A DNA stretch of 63,781 nt, filler included, from Reticulomyxa filosa (lineage: Eukaryota; Protista; Foraminifera): NCBI GenBank assembly GCA_000512085.1. It is 15 parts of 15 records of this genome, joined end to end, with 100 filler letters (N's around TTAATTAATTAA, not from the genome) between each part and the next. Parts side by side here need not be neighbours in the genome. Positions count along the whole stretch, not along the records: positions 1 to 15,858 come from ASPP01023752.1; positions 15,959 to 27,381 come from ASPP01000604.1; 13 more parts are not named here. One strand, given 5' to 3'. The position numbers and the translations under genes were made by a program. Positions 12,867-25,770 of this stretch are shown here, in pieces. Below the pieces are notes generated by a model. That model was not told where the DNA came from and made no database searches. It worked only from the letters and a program-made list of their open reading frames with translations. Numbering within the stretch: the first letter of the stretch is position 1; each line of letters begins with the position of its first letter.

Positions 12867-13505
12867 ATGTGCTCTTTTTCTGTTAGCGACTTGGAAGCAT
12901 TGAGCAATTTGTTTGAAGAATGTCAGAAATACACACCACAACAAATAAAATCAGTTGAATGTGAGTATGAAAAAGGTTTTATTCCACCCAAACCAATTCC
13001 AGAGGAACAAAAGAACTCCAAAGTTGTCATCAAATCTCGTCGCCCACTAGTGGTACGTTTTCTGAGAAACATGATAAAATAAGTTAATGTAATGAATTAA
13101 TTATATCATAGTCGTTGGATGAGACTAACAAAGAAAATACAAAAGCAAAACAAGAGCCAAAATATGAGTTAATTTACAGACAAAATGTAACACTAGATGA
13201 AGTTTATGGTTACAGTGAAAAAGCAAATACCACGCTGGACTGTGAAGACTTGTTGGTTCGAGTTCATTTACCAGGTATTTAGACACACAAAATTTGGTTT
13301 TCATTACTAATTGTACTAAAAAAACACAGACGAACTCATTAGCAATATTACTCTCAAAGTAGAAACAAATTCACTAACTGTTGCAACTCTAAATTATTAT
13401 TTACAAATTTTGTTTCCTAGAAACATTACAAAATTGCCACAAAATGCCAAATGGATAAAAGAGAAATCTGTTTTAGAGATCTTGTGTTCATTGGAAAAAA
13501 TATAA
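12867..13505 (+). CDS. DNAAF6: Dynein axonemal assembly factor 6 / PIH1D3-like; exons 12867-13052, 13112-13274, 13330-13505
   Basis: Spliced translation gives SDLEALSNLF..., EPKYELIYRQNVTLDEVYG...CEDLLVRVHLP, then a CS-like domain (YYLQILFP...NAKWIKEKSVLEI), matching the PIH1D3 pattern. Confidence 0.75.
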
Positions 13506-14629
13506 CTTTTTACAAATTCAAAAGAAAGTTAGTTTTTCAACATCAACAAAACGTCAATAACTTGCTTATTTGAATCTTTGAGAAACATGAATTTTATAAA
13601 GTCTTCAATTGTTACATATCCAAATATATTTTAATCATCAATGGCACAAAAGAAAAACATTTAACTCGACAATAACATTAAAGAATTGACCGTTCAAATA
13701 TAATTCGACATCATAAGAATAATATCAGATTGCAACAATTTCCGTTCGGTACGCATGGTCCGATATGTAAAGTCCAAAATTTTTATGTCGTATATAAATA
13801 ATTTTTTAATACGTTAGCGTTTTTTCATTATGTGTAAAATTTTTTTTTGCAGACGACATTCTTGCAATTCACACAGTGGTCAATAGTGTTCATTGGTCGT
13901 TTTTATCAATGTGTTGTACTTAAAGTCTATCTATCTATATAAAATTCTTCAGTTTGGTTTTCGCTTTAGGTCATCGAATTAGCATTTTTTATAGACAGTG
14001 CATATGTCACTTTGTATCATGCATGAACTCCTTTTTTGGATGAGTTTTTTTCCGATAAAAACTGATTAAAGAACTTTGAGAAAAAGACTTTATTAATTGT
14101 TGTTTACGTTCGTCTTATATTTGACGTTTGGAAAGTACGTGTAGTTATCAGTTATCATCATTGCAATTTGTAGACTGCAATGAGAGCAGATATTTTGTGG
14201 CTAGGATGTCGATAATGCTTTGGACGGTCTTTTTTCCAAAATAAATACAATTGGCACTGTTCATTTTATCGAGAATGAAGATCTTGTCATAATCAAAGAG
14301 CAAAAGTTCCAAAAGAAATAAAGTACTATGAAGGAAACATAATTTTTAAAGCTTTTGCAGGGAGGGCGTGAAGGTGTCAGATTACTTATTGCTTCATCTT
14401 TCACTAATCACTGATTTTGGCACTTGCCATAAACCCAAAGTGCAAACAAAAGCGAGTTCAAGTACCTGGACCAAAATAGGTCATTGCACAAATATTAAGA
14501 GAAAAACAAAATAATTACAACTTATCAAACAAAACGGAACTACAAATTAAAATTTTGACTAAAAGGAATTGCCACTCAAAATTTGTATTTTAGATTGTGA
14601 AAAAGTGTTTCAAACAAATGAAACATTTA

Positions 14630-15858
14630 AATTTTTCTTCCAGTTGCAACAACGAACTTTGAAAGTTCATTGACAACTTTGATTCTTGTCTCAGGTTCCA
14701 ACGTCTTGTTGTCAACAACTAAACTTCTCAGATTCGATGTCTTGAAGTTGAAATGCTGCAGCAATATTTTGATTGATGCACAAAATATATTTCTAGTCAT
14801 TGATAATGTGAATATTCATCAATAAGTGCTCCACTGTTTCTTTTTCTTCACACCACCAACAGTATGGAGTGCATGATTTTTAATCTTGAATAGATATCCA
14901 TTTAATCTCACTTTGCGTGTGATAATTTGACACATGATTTTCCTTTACTGCAATTCTAATCTGTGCATAACAATCTTTTCAAATGACTGTGTATTGATTA
15001 AGTCAAGTAAAATCTCTTTGGATATCGGTGCGACATCATCTCATTTCCTTCGTTGGTCCAGTGTCTATTCCATTGGAAAGTGAAAAATGGATGACTCTTT
15101 GCAACGATATCTGTTTGATTGTTCCCAGGAATGTTAGAATGACCTTTGGTCCAATAGATTTCAGGCTCATTCTCTTTGCCAAGATCTTTCATGAATCTCT
15201 GGAATTCTGCTATTTGGAAGTTGTAAGCTTCAGAGTTGAACTTGTTGAGAATGGACTCAATTACAAACTTGCAGTCACTCAAAATGAGTATATTACTAGA
15301 TATCGCGATAATATGCAGAACAGAATATTGCTCAAATGCTTGACGAATGGCTTCTATTTCGGCGTATATAGCAGTTATTAGTCCTTTAATAAGAAACTTC
15401 ACTCTTCCCAGTTAGACAATATCGAACTTATATTATTAATCCTGCTCCACCAAGTCCTGGCTCTGGTTTCGTGCTTCCATCTGCAAAAATCACTACAATA
15501 TCTTGTTGCAATGATGGCAAGATGTGGTTCGCTCCATTTTGGAAATGGAGACTTGGATGAGTGCGGAGGCCTAATAATCTGTATTGGAGGTTTGTTCCAA
15601 AAATGAAGTCTGATCTAATTCTACTTTTGGCATGTTCACTTCAGCTACATGCACGCATGCTCGTGATACAGTTGATAACATCCCGATCCAACAATATCTT
15701 TTTCCTCCATGCCGAGATATCGTGTGTTTGGTTTTCCACAGATTATAGGCATAAGTCAGATTGTGATCAGGAAACTTTTTGCTCATTCAGATATATTTTT
15801 GGTACAACTTTACTTCTTTCTGCGTCTACGGAACTCCAACGGGGGAGTCTGTGAAATG
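14630..15858 (-). mobile_element. Non-LTR retrotransposon relic, 3' part (RNase H plus Cys/His motif)
   Basis: IFADGSTKPEPGLGGAG, ILSDCKFVI, YWTKGHSNIPGN, CWWCEEKETVEHL, and C-terminal RIKVVNELSKFVVATGR. Contains stops and frameshifts. Confidence 0.9.
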
Positions 15859-15958
15859 NNNNNNNNNNNNNNNNNNNNNNNNNNNNNNNNNNNNNNNNNN
15901 NNTTAATTAATTAANNNNNNNNNNNNNNNNNNNNNNNNNNNNNNNNNNNNNNNNNNNN
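15859..15958. other. Artificial contig linker (first of 14; others start at 27382, 29741, 31073, 32218, 33662, 35295, 39472, 41036, 45826, 48772, 51608, 54209, 60925)
   Basis: Each is an identical 100-nt N44-TTAATTAATTAA-N44 with stops in all six frames. Confidence 0.99.
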
Positions 15959-16815
15959 CCTGCTTGTGTTTGATGCAATAATTTCTTTTCATTTAGCCAC
16001 CATATTAATCTCCTTGTGATGGTCCTTTCCATCAATTTACCACACTTAATAACAACGCAATTGGTCGGTGATTCTTACACTGACTGTGATCTCTGTCAGG
16101 CTTGGGAATAGGCACAATGTTTGCCTTTTTCCATTCAATTGGCATGTAGCCCATTCGAAAACTCTATCCAAATAGGAATACCAATGAATTAATCATTGCA
16201 TTACCAACATTCTTAAGCATCTGATTATGGATGTTATCTGGTCCTTGAGCTTGTATGGAGACAAATGTCTCATGCATCAACAACTTCCTCATTTATAATA
16301 TCATTTTAATGAATATCAAATGACCACATATGACTTTCATCCAATTCCAATGGTTTAGATATTGCCACTTTAAATCTAATATCTTCTTCTACTGTCTCAT
16401 AATGCTTTTCATCCAAATCTTTTGGAGGCTGCGGTGCCACTGAGTTGGTCTCCTTGTTCACCGATGCTGGAATAATACAGACTTTATTGGTGATCAATGC
16501 CTTAAATTGCGTGAATAAGTTCCTTGTATTTCCTTCATGCAATGAATCAATGCTTTTTACCATGTGCTGATGCTTCGCAATTGCTTGGCAATTTTCTTAT
16601 ACAGCATCAAATTCCTTGGTGTCCTTTGTTTACGAAATCTGTTCTTTGATTTCTGAACTCTCTTTCGTAATCGACATAAACTGTCACTCCACCAAGGTTT
16701 ATTGCCTTTCCAAATAGTTCGAATACCAATAGTTGCCTCTCCAGCTTCAACAACACATTTGGTCCAAGATTCAACTGCTTTGTCCAATGTTTCTTTGCTT
16801 CCCAATAGATTCTGT
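15959..16815 (-). mobile_element. Non-LTR retrotransposon relic, linker and RT N-terminal region
   Basis: KPWWSDSL, QGPDNIHNQMLK, WKKANIVPIPKP and HRPIALL motifs in broken frames. Confidence 0.88.
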
Positions 16816-17399
16816 CTTCATTCTAATTCAAAATACAACTTTTTTGCGAAAGTTGATATTAATAATGAAGTGAGTTCAAAATTCATTTTTTTTATCATCG
16901 TTTGAAAATATAATATTAAAAAAAAATTAATGTGAATGATGTTCGCAGAAGCAACCAGAATATGATAACTTCTGCACAACATAAGTGATTTAAATATATC
17001 TATTATTAATTAAAAAAATAGTAAAATTTTTTTTTTACAGTACAATGCAAAAAAAGTTTAAACAAAAAAGACATCTTATTAATGATCGGTTTTCCTTGAG
17101 AAATAACGTTGAATAAAAATATTTTTTAAAACATAATAAATTGCGCAGTTTTAAATATGGTTTTGGTTTTTATAAATCTTTAATAATTGTTTCAAAAATT
17201 TTAATCATTTTTAGACAAAATTTTTCACAAAACATGTTTAGTTTTTGAAAATATGAGTGATAAAGAGAGTGATTTATATCAACTTAAATAATCGAGTCCA
17301 CGAAGTAAAAGAAAGCCCAAAAACAGACTAAAACAAAAAAACAAGAGCAAATTACAACAAATTAAATCAACACAGGCAATCGGCTCTACTTCCGCGTAA

Positions 17400-19960
17400 T
17401 AAAAAAAGCACCAAAATATACAGATGGAGATCCGCATGCAAATAATGCTGTGAAAAATCAGTCATAAATGTTCTGTTGTACGGAAATCTTGGGTTTGTTT
17501 GATCAGGTATGCGGGTATACAAAACTCTCTGGGTATATAGCATTGTCCTTGTTGATGACGTTGCAAATAAAAAGTATCGACGATGCACAACAAGCACATA
17601 TCAAATCCATTCTTCAATCGAAAAAACAAGGGTACCTGTCCATTTTTAAGGTTTTTGAAAAGTGTGTGAACGTCTCGAAACAGTTGTTGTGCAATATTTC
17701 CGCCGTTGCTTGTAGTGCCTCTACCCACGTATACCATCACATTGATATCACCAAAAGACATGATACGCTGGGCCCAAGAAAGCTTGAAAATCTTCACCAC
17801 TTGAAAGGAAGCATCCGCACTGAATCCATCAAAATCACCATATATTGAGAAGAGTCAAAACGACTGAGCAAATCAACAGAGAAAAAGAGAAAAAACTGTT
17901 TGAGCGGCAACGAATCCCGTAACAATCGACAAACATTCGCACAAATGGTATATTCTCTTCCATCCGCCTCCAGCTGTTGCACATGCAATTTAAATCGGTT
18001 TTTGTTCCAAATCGGAGTTGGCGAAATAGTGGTAAATAATGCTAGCTCATTCACTAAATCATTTGGCAATATGAATCTTTGGCCTTCTGTTTTTGCAATA
18101 TCACATTTGTTCGTCCATTTTTGCACACTTCATTTACATACGTATACATATATACGTATATTTATAACGGTGATCAAAACTAGCATCTTTTGTGGACACG
18201 TTGTCATGAATGCATTTATTGCTTGGTGTTGTTGGTAATGACGATGCTAGCAAATGGCTTTTGTTGGCGCGTTTACTGAGTTCGGTCTGTTCAATTTTAT
18301 TTACTTCGCTTGTTATCTTCCACTCGTCCAAGTCCCGCATTTTGTGCCTTATCCCTTGTTGTGCGCCTGAAATAACCCTACATTTAGGGACATTGCTTTG
18401 CATTGGAATCGGTGTACTTCCATCGTCGTCATTGCCATCATCACCATTATTATCATCAGCATCGTCTTCTTCCTTTTCTTGTTTGCGGACGGCGATGCGA
18501 TCTGCATTTGAAATAACTCGCAAGTCGATATTGTGTTGCTTGTACAAAGGGAACGTAGACATCGACGACGGAATGGACACTTTGGTTTGCATACAAAGAC
18601 ATGGGCGTGTATCGCTTGGATGGCTTAATGAACTCATGTTTGGACGCAAACAACATTTGTGATCGACATTCATTTGGCACAATGACGGCAACGACTGAGA
18701 TACGACTTCCATATTTTTGCGTGTCTCTTTCGTTCTTAGCCGTTTATTTCGACCCTTTGAACGTATACACAAAAAATATTTTTATACACTCAGAGACGAA
18801 CCAAGATTGCGTATACGTTGCAAAAGATTGACAGAAATGAAGAAAGAGAGAAAAAAAACTGTATGTCGGAATACCTTGACAGATTTTGTGGAAAGTGGAA
18901 TGTAAGCATTGTTGGAAGGGCATTCTGCATGAAGCGTTTGCGGGGTGTTTTGTTTGTTATGAAGGGCGTCGCACTCACGCTTTGGAGAAAAGCAAGCGAC
19001 GGGCTCCTTATTGTCATCGCTGCTTGTGCTGTAGTGAAGTGTAGGAATAGGCAGTAGCATTAACTCTTTCAAACCAGACAAACTCGCATTACTTTTTGTC
19101 GACTGATCGACCACATGATCGTGGATTGACACGGCTGTACATATCTGTTTCGTGGACGGCAAACTCACCTCCATAAAACTGCTCACTGACCAACTGCTCT
19201 GCGCTTGTATATTGCTTTGAGTCCCATTTTTTGCATAATAACAAACACATATATCGTTCCATTAACAAAAAAAAAACAAACAAACAAAAAATCGGATTTT
19301 CTTTTTTAAACTGTTCTTTTGGAGTAATACTCTTTTTTTTATCTCTTTCTTTCGATCCTCTGTCGCTCACTATTTGCAGTCGATTTTGAAGGAGTTTTTG
19401 TTTTGCTTTGGCTTTTTTTGCTGTGTTGACAGCATTCGATCTAAAATGCACATTGCTGTCGGCTGCTATCTGTTGCTGTTGTTGTTCACTTGTGGTGAGT
19501 ATGTTTTTCTCGGCTTTGTTCGGTTGAGTCGTGTGCACGTTTTGCAAAGAACATGCACCCCATGATGAGTTTGTACTGTCATTTAGATCCACTCGGAACT
19601 TTTCTAGTCGCTGTAACAGCTTTGAAAATGTATTGCAGGATTCGTTGGAGGCTTCCACTGTCCTGCTTTCATTCAATGAATTCACTTCTTCATGCTCTGT
19701 AGAAGAAGGCAAGCGCGGCAATGCAGATTGTGTATTCGTTGACACAAAAGAGTTGTCGTCATAAATCCGATATTTTTTCTGCATAGTTGACAGTTTTATG
19801 GATGGAGATTTTCCTTTGTCTGGATCTGATTGATTTAAGAGTTTTAATGAATCATTCAACCTGATCGTCAACCTTAGATAATAGAATTAAAAACAAAACA
19901 CCCCCGTTTTAAAAAAGCAATTTTCCCACCTGAAACGTATTTCGAGATACTCAGCGTGCT
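17400..19960 (-). CDS. Multi-exon hypothetical protein (boundaries approximate)
   Basis: Chain of long minus-strand ORFs (19089-19871, 18782-19186, 18134-18772, 17794-18126, 17462-17800) with raised GC and intron-like interruptions. No family recognised. Confidence 0.55.
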
Positions 19961-20151
19961 TTGAAGAACAAGTCTTTAAATGAAAAGTAAAACTACGATC
20001 TAAACATAATTTATCAGCATCATGACAGTTTTTTTATCTGTCTTTTAAAAAAAGATACAATAAGTGCTTTGCTGTGTATGTGAGTTGATGGCGGAATTTT
20101 GTCAAAAAAAAGGGTAAAATATAGACCGTATTTTTGATCGTAATAGAAATA

Positions 20152-21906
20152 ATGGCAGAAGGATATTGGGATATTTTCATTTGGTTTGTAGTACTTGGGG
20201 TTGCAACGGTGGGATTTGTTTATTTTATTCAGAATTGTTTGGATCCTAAATCCAACAGAGTTTGGTTGCGTTTTTTTTGTCCCTTTTGCTGTTTTGTGGC
20301 AACACACAAAGAAAGTGTGGAACGGTTCTTTTTTTTTTGTTTTAAGCCTCCTGAATCGAACAAATGTTCTCGGCCATGTTCTTCTTCAGAGGAGTCACCT
20401 GAACCGCAAACACGCTCAGAACTCCGCAGAACACCAGTGGGAATTTTGTCAACAGAGGAACTATCCGTGTACAATGGAGAAAATGGTCGACGTATTTTGA
20501 TATCTATATGTGGTCGAATATTTGATATGACCATAGGTATACGTTTTTTTTTGCCAGGGGGCGAATGAAAAAAAGGGGAGGTTGAAAAGATGATCAAAAA
20601 AAGGAAAGAAAAAAATTACAAAAAATGCCGGGCTCTCTTTTGCAAATTGTTTGTGGTCTTGTTTTTACGAAATAATGTGTTGCAACCAAGGACATAATTT
20701 TTATGGGCCAGGGGCAGCATATCACGTGTTTGCTGGCAACGATGCCACATTCTTACTTGGAGCAATGAACACTGACCCTCAGCATCGCAATAAGCGCAAC
20801 TTTGGACGATGGGACCCATCGTGGGTGAGTGAATACACTCAACTTCATCCAGATGCCAAGATTCCGTACTGCGAAGAGAAGGAGTTCTCAGCAGTTACAA
20901 TTTTTTTAAAAATTAAAGCCAAGCTGTTGTAATACTTTTTAAATAAAATAAAAAAAGGAAACATTGGAAGGCTGGCTGCGTTCATTCATTGTAAAATACC
21001 CAGTTGTTGGCAAATTACGTGGGTTTATGGATGTGTGCGAAGAGTCATGGAATCGTGTTGTCAATGCCAATTTGGCTCCTGGACATGCTACACAGTCCAA
21101 CGAACCTTTGGCTCAATTTGAACACCTTTCTTCTCTGTCTTTGAAAGAACTAGATTCAAGTTGTTATTTCTAATCAAATTGTGTTGTGTTTTGCTCCTCT
21201 TCCCTCCTCCCCAAACTTTTCAAATCGCGCGTACACAAAGGGGGAAAAAAACAAACAAAAGATAAACACGTTTCAATTGGAGGGTTTGTAATGGATGTGG
21301 GCATTTGCAATTTTATCTACGGTCCCGTCACTGCTGATTTCCCAGAGGCATTGGGACATGATATCAGCGTGGCTATTATCAAAGATGACTTCACAGCGCA
21401 AACGCTGGACCAACCTGTGGCATTATTGGATAGTAACCAACAAGTGCATTATTTTTTCTTTTTATTATTTTTTTAAATAACTCTTTTTTGCTTGCATTTG
21501 ACACTGGTCACAGAGCCAATTGGAGACATTAGTTCTCAAATTTCGTGAAACCTATCCAACCATTGGTATGTTGAGTGATGCCTCAAAATATCGGCCATTG
21601 AAAGAACAAGCACCGCCTTCCACTAAACAATCCACTGATATCCAATCTCCATCAACTGGTCAAATAACAGAGCAAGAAAAAATTATTGACACCCAAACTT
21701 GTGCACAGCCAGAGCCTTCCAAACAAGAAGAAAAAGAAGACAGCATAGAAAAGATAAAAGAAAAAGAAAAAGAGGACGATAAAGAAAATGACAATGACTG
21801 GGACATTGTTCAACACAGCGATGTGAGTTCACCAGTGGAGCAAAGGAAAAATGACAAAACCCACCAAAAACGGAATTCAAGGGAAGATCAAATAATGTCA
21901 AAATAA
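20152..21906 (+). CDS. Membrane-anchored protein with two cytochrome b5-like heme/steroid-binding (MAPR) domains
   Basis: N-terminal TM helix. Domain 1: EELSVYNG..ISICGRIFDMT..FYGPGAAYHVFAGNDAT..KYPVVG. Domain 2: VSIGGFVMDVG..IYGP..GHDIS..TYPTIG. About 4 introns. Confidence 0.85.
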
Positions 21907-23639
21907 GAAGGGCAAAAATGTTTTTTTAGGCGCTGTGAGGCCTTCGTGCAATAAAAATTGCATTTTTTACTGTTTTGAGCTGTTTGTTTCGTTGTAACTG
22001 TGGTGTTGTGTGTTTTTGTTTTGAGCTGTCAGCGGTCTCAATGCAGTGGAGTGGAAAATATTCTTTCAAGACTAGCAGAGAATATGTTTCCAGGGCTTTT
22101 GCTTGAGTTTGCTAATATACCTTTTAGGGTTGCACGCTTCTTTTTAAGCTTATTCTCGATTCAATTGGAAGACTGGCTCGTTGGACACAGCCATAAAGTC
22201 ACAATGAAAAGCCATTACTCGATCCATAGTAGACCACATTACAAAAAAAATTTTAACAGTAAATTAAGCGATCAAAGATAGAGTATGTTCTTTGCATCTT
22301 TTGATAATCATTTGGCTTGGCACTAAATAATACAGACGAAAAAAAGTACAATTATAAACAACAAATTAGGTATTTCTGAAATAATTTTAAAATTTTGTAA
22401 TTGGCTATTGTTATCAAAAAATTTGATATTTATAAAAGTGCAAAACAGTGATTCGAAGTTTTATTTACAGCACAGGAACTTTGGTGAAAAAATTCAATTG
22501 TTGCCAAGCAAAAAAAAATAACAAAGAAAATCAAAATAGATTTGCAAGCTATCTGTTGATTCGCTATTGTTATTGTCAGACATTACAAACCAAATTAACT
22601 ACTCATCACAATAGATCAAAAACAGCATATTTGGAAATAATCATTGACAATGCAAGCAAAAGAAGATTATTAATGTAAATCAAAACACAAGACCAATTCA
22701 ATCAAGCATTCAGACAACAAGATGATTGTGAAAATGAACAAACAAAAAACAATACAAAAAGAAACACTAAGTCAGAGTAGAAAATAAAGAAAAAGAATTT
22801 GTAAGAAATTAAAAACACGAAGTTCTTGCAGTCAAAGTATTCGATGTTTTGACAAGATTATGTCTTCCGAAAAATTGTAAAAACTCAAACAAGAAATCCA
22901 AAATAAATAGTTGTATTTTATTTAAGAATGTGTTGACAAGATACAGTATGTTGCAAAGAAAAATGAACGCTAAAACATATCTTATGATAATTGATTTTTC
23001 ATTGATAAAATCAATTATTATCATAAAATGTGTTTTAGGCGTTCAGTTTTCTTTGCAAAATAATGTAATAACATCAAGAAGTCGTTGATACATTGGATGA
23101 ACTTGGATATGAAGTAGAAGAAATGTAAAGATTTAAAAATAGTAAAGTTGGTATTTGCAAAATTAGAAAATGTTAATAGAGCATTGGAAGAAAAGGTAAT
23201 CAGAATCGATACCAAGATAAGAATTTGAATAATTGTCAAGTTTCTTCAAGTAAATATCAATTTAAATTGAAATAACTTTATTATTTTTCTTTTGATTATT
23301 TTGCATGGATCTTTTGGTCGTTGTAAGATTTTGTGTATCTTTCTTTTGTTTTGTGTTTCTTTTGAGTATTGTGTTATATTTCTTAGAACGAGTTACTTGT
23401 GCAAGTAGAGATTGCAAAAAGTAGTTCGAGTTTATGATGAAGCTATAGAGTAGTCCAACACTTGACAAGTCATAACTGCAACATATCTAAAAAAAAAGTG
23501 TGAATACTTTACGCGCATCTTAATGAGCTGTTGAGTCGTGATTAGTAGATGTATCTTGGCATTCTTGCCACTCCCTTCGCTAGGCTGTTACCTCATGTCG
23601 GCCTTTAGCTAGCCAATGATGATTAAGGGGGATATATAT

Positions 23640-24784
23640 TCTTTTTTTGGCTTTGGAATTGGATTAATGTTTACCATATTCAATGATCTTGGCATGTATC
23701 CAATGGAATAACTATAATCAAATAATATCACAAGTGAATTAATCATAATATGTCCACCATTCTTGATAATTTGGTTGTGAATATTGTCTGGTGTGAGATG
23801 AAATGTGTCTCATTGCTCAATCACTTCTGTGATTCGACATTGATGCCACTCAAATACACCAGGGTATTCACTAATTTCTGTTTCTCTTTTCATCTCAATT
23901 ACTGAGGCGATTTCATCTTCCATCCATAATATCCTTCCGTTTCTTCAGAATAGTCAGGTGGTTTTGGAGGTTGAGCGAACAATGACACCAATAATTCTAC
24001 ATTATCATTGTATGTCTTCGCCACTTGACTGTTATGAGAATTACCCAATGCAGGAATGACACTGATTTTGTTGTTGTTCATCGACTTGAATTGAGAGAAT
24101 AACTATCGAGTATTTCCTTCTTGAATTGATTGAATACTCTTCACCAAGTATTCTTGCTTTTATTGTCGTAATTTTTTCAGTTTATTTGCAGCTTGTTTGT
24201 ATGTCTTGTAATTGTGATTACTTCGATTTCTTCGAAATTTTATCGTCAATCGATGAACTTCTTTTCTTTTTCTGTGTCAAATTGTTGTTGATAATGAAGT
24301 TCGAAACGTATTCACCAACTTCATCTATGTTTTCATCTAACCAGGCATTCCAATCTCCAAATTACAATGCGTTCTGTGATCTTCTTTGCCTCTTTCAATT
24401 CCTTTCAAATAAGTTCAGACCGAAACAGACAGTCACTGGAACAATTTGATCTTCTTCTTGAATGGGTTCATCGTATCTTACACTCGTTTTCTGCAAGTTT
24501 CTGTAGAAACTGCAAAACATTATAGATTTCTTTTGTCCTGGACAGATGATCTCCTCACAACACGATTCATATCCTGAAATTTGGAACTTGTCTTTCTGGG
24601 GAAATGAATTTGTGTTATTTGGTATTCATATCTCGACGACATAGTATACATGTTCTTCTTGTTTCGCTCCAGAATTGGTTATACCAATTCTGGAATCTTT
24701 GATCTTTGATTTCTTTGTTCCGACTGGAAGCATTCATGAAGGAGACAAATGTGCGTGGAGGTTCTGCTCCAGCAATTGGGATAG
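23640..24784 (-). mobile_element. Non-LTR retrotransposon relic, 5' part (APE endonuclease to RT N-terminus)
   Basis: HICLLHECF, FCSFYR and GDWNA (APE motifs), followed by PKPPDY, PDNIHNQIIKNGG and NINPIPKP. Confidence 0.82.
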
Positions 24785-25770
24785 ATTACGAACTTGGATG
24801 CTGCCTTGGCAACCTTGATCCTAATGTCTGGTTTCCACGTTCGACCCCAATAATGAAATATTTCATCGACAGTGACAATACATTGATATCTGTGAGCAAT
24901 GTCTGGACATTTGTCCACCAATTGCGACGTAAGTCTTAATATTTCAAACATTCCATCAAGAAATGTTCGACAGTCTCTTCTTTTTCACATCAAATACAAT
25001 CAGGAGAATCCGATCTTTGGATGTTATACAAATAATCAATTCAACTTTGCCAGTGGTCATCCGACAAGTGATCTTGCGTTCAATAAATGTCAATGAATGC
25101 ATGACAATGATTGCTCTTCCATCAGGTTAGATATTAAACACCGGGGCATCACATGCCTTGGATTATCCACTATCACATATTCAATATTTATTCCATTGCT
25201 ATGTGAAATAGGGATTCAATCCATGATTATTCAGTAATGCAGCTGATCTGTGTGTTATTGATTCAAATCATGTTGCAATTACGACGCTTTCCTGCGAGAA
25301 TTATTTTCAACAAGATCCACTTTATCATTACCAGGAATCCCAGAATGACCTTTAATCCAATCCATAATTGTCAATTTATAGACATCAGAATCTCATTTAT
25401 TGAATATTGCATTAATCACGAACTTGCAATCAGCCAGTATAATCACCCTTCTATAATGGAATCTGTAATGGTTACCAACATATTCCAATTCAAGTCTCAT
25501 TGCCTGCATGTAATTAGATATTCCAATTCCAACATTTTGGCATACTTGAATCTTGAATTACAAGTCCTGAGCCTCCAATACCAGTATTGTGATATGTGCT
25601 TCCGTCGCAAAATATCACAACACAATTATCATCCAACGATACCATAATTTGATCTGATATTTGTTCATTGAATATTGCAAAAGGTGATTTGTTCATTGTG
25701 GTATCATTGCAGTTTGCATTGGTGGAACATTTGGGATTTTATGTGAATCAGGCTCAACTATCGGCACTCC
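24785..25770 (-). mobile_element. Non-LTR retrotransposon relic, 3' part (RNase H plus Cys/His motif)
   Basis: IFCDGSTYHNTGIGGSG, ILADCKFVI, WIKGHSGIPGN, CEKEETVEHFLMEC and RIKVAKAASKFVI. Same family as 14630-15858. Confidence 0.88.

Noticed and set aside
14420-14480. tRNA-derived SINE (GTTCAAGTAC B-box-like)
   Set aside because: No convincing A box, cloverleaf or second copy.
15903-15914. Recurrent TTAATTAATTAA as a biological repeat or CRISPR-like element
   Set aside because: It is always centred in an identical 100-nt N linker, so it is an assembly artefact.
24745-24770. HDV-like L3 loop (CCTCCACG, minus strand) at the LINE junction
   Set aside because: No P3/P1 pairing, and the region reads as APE coding sequence.
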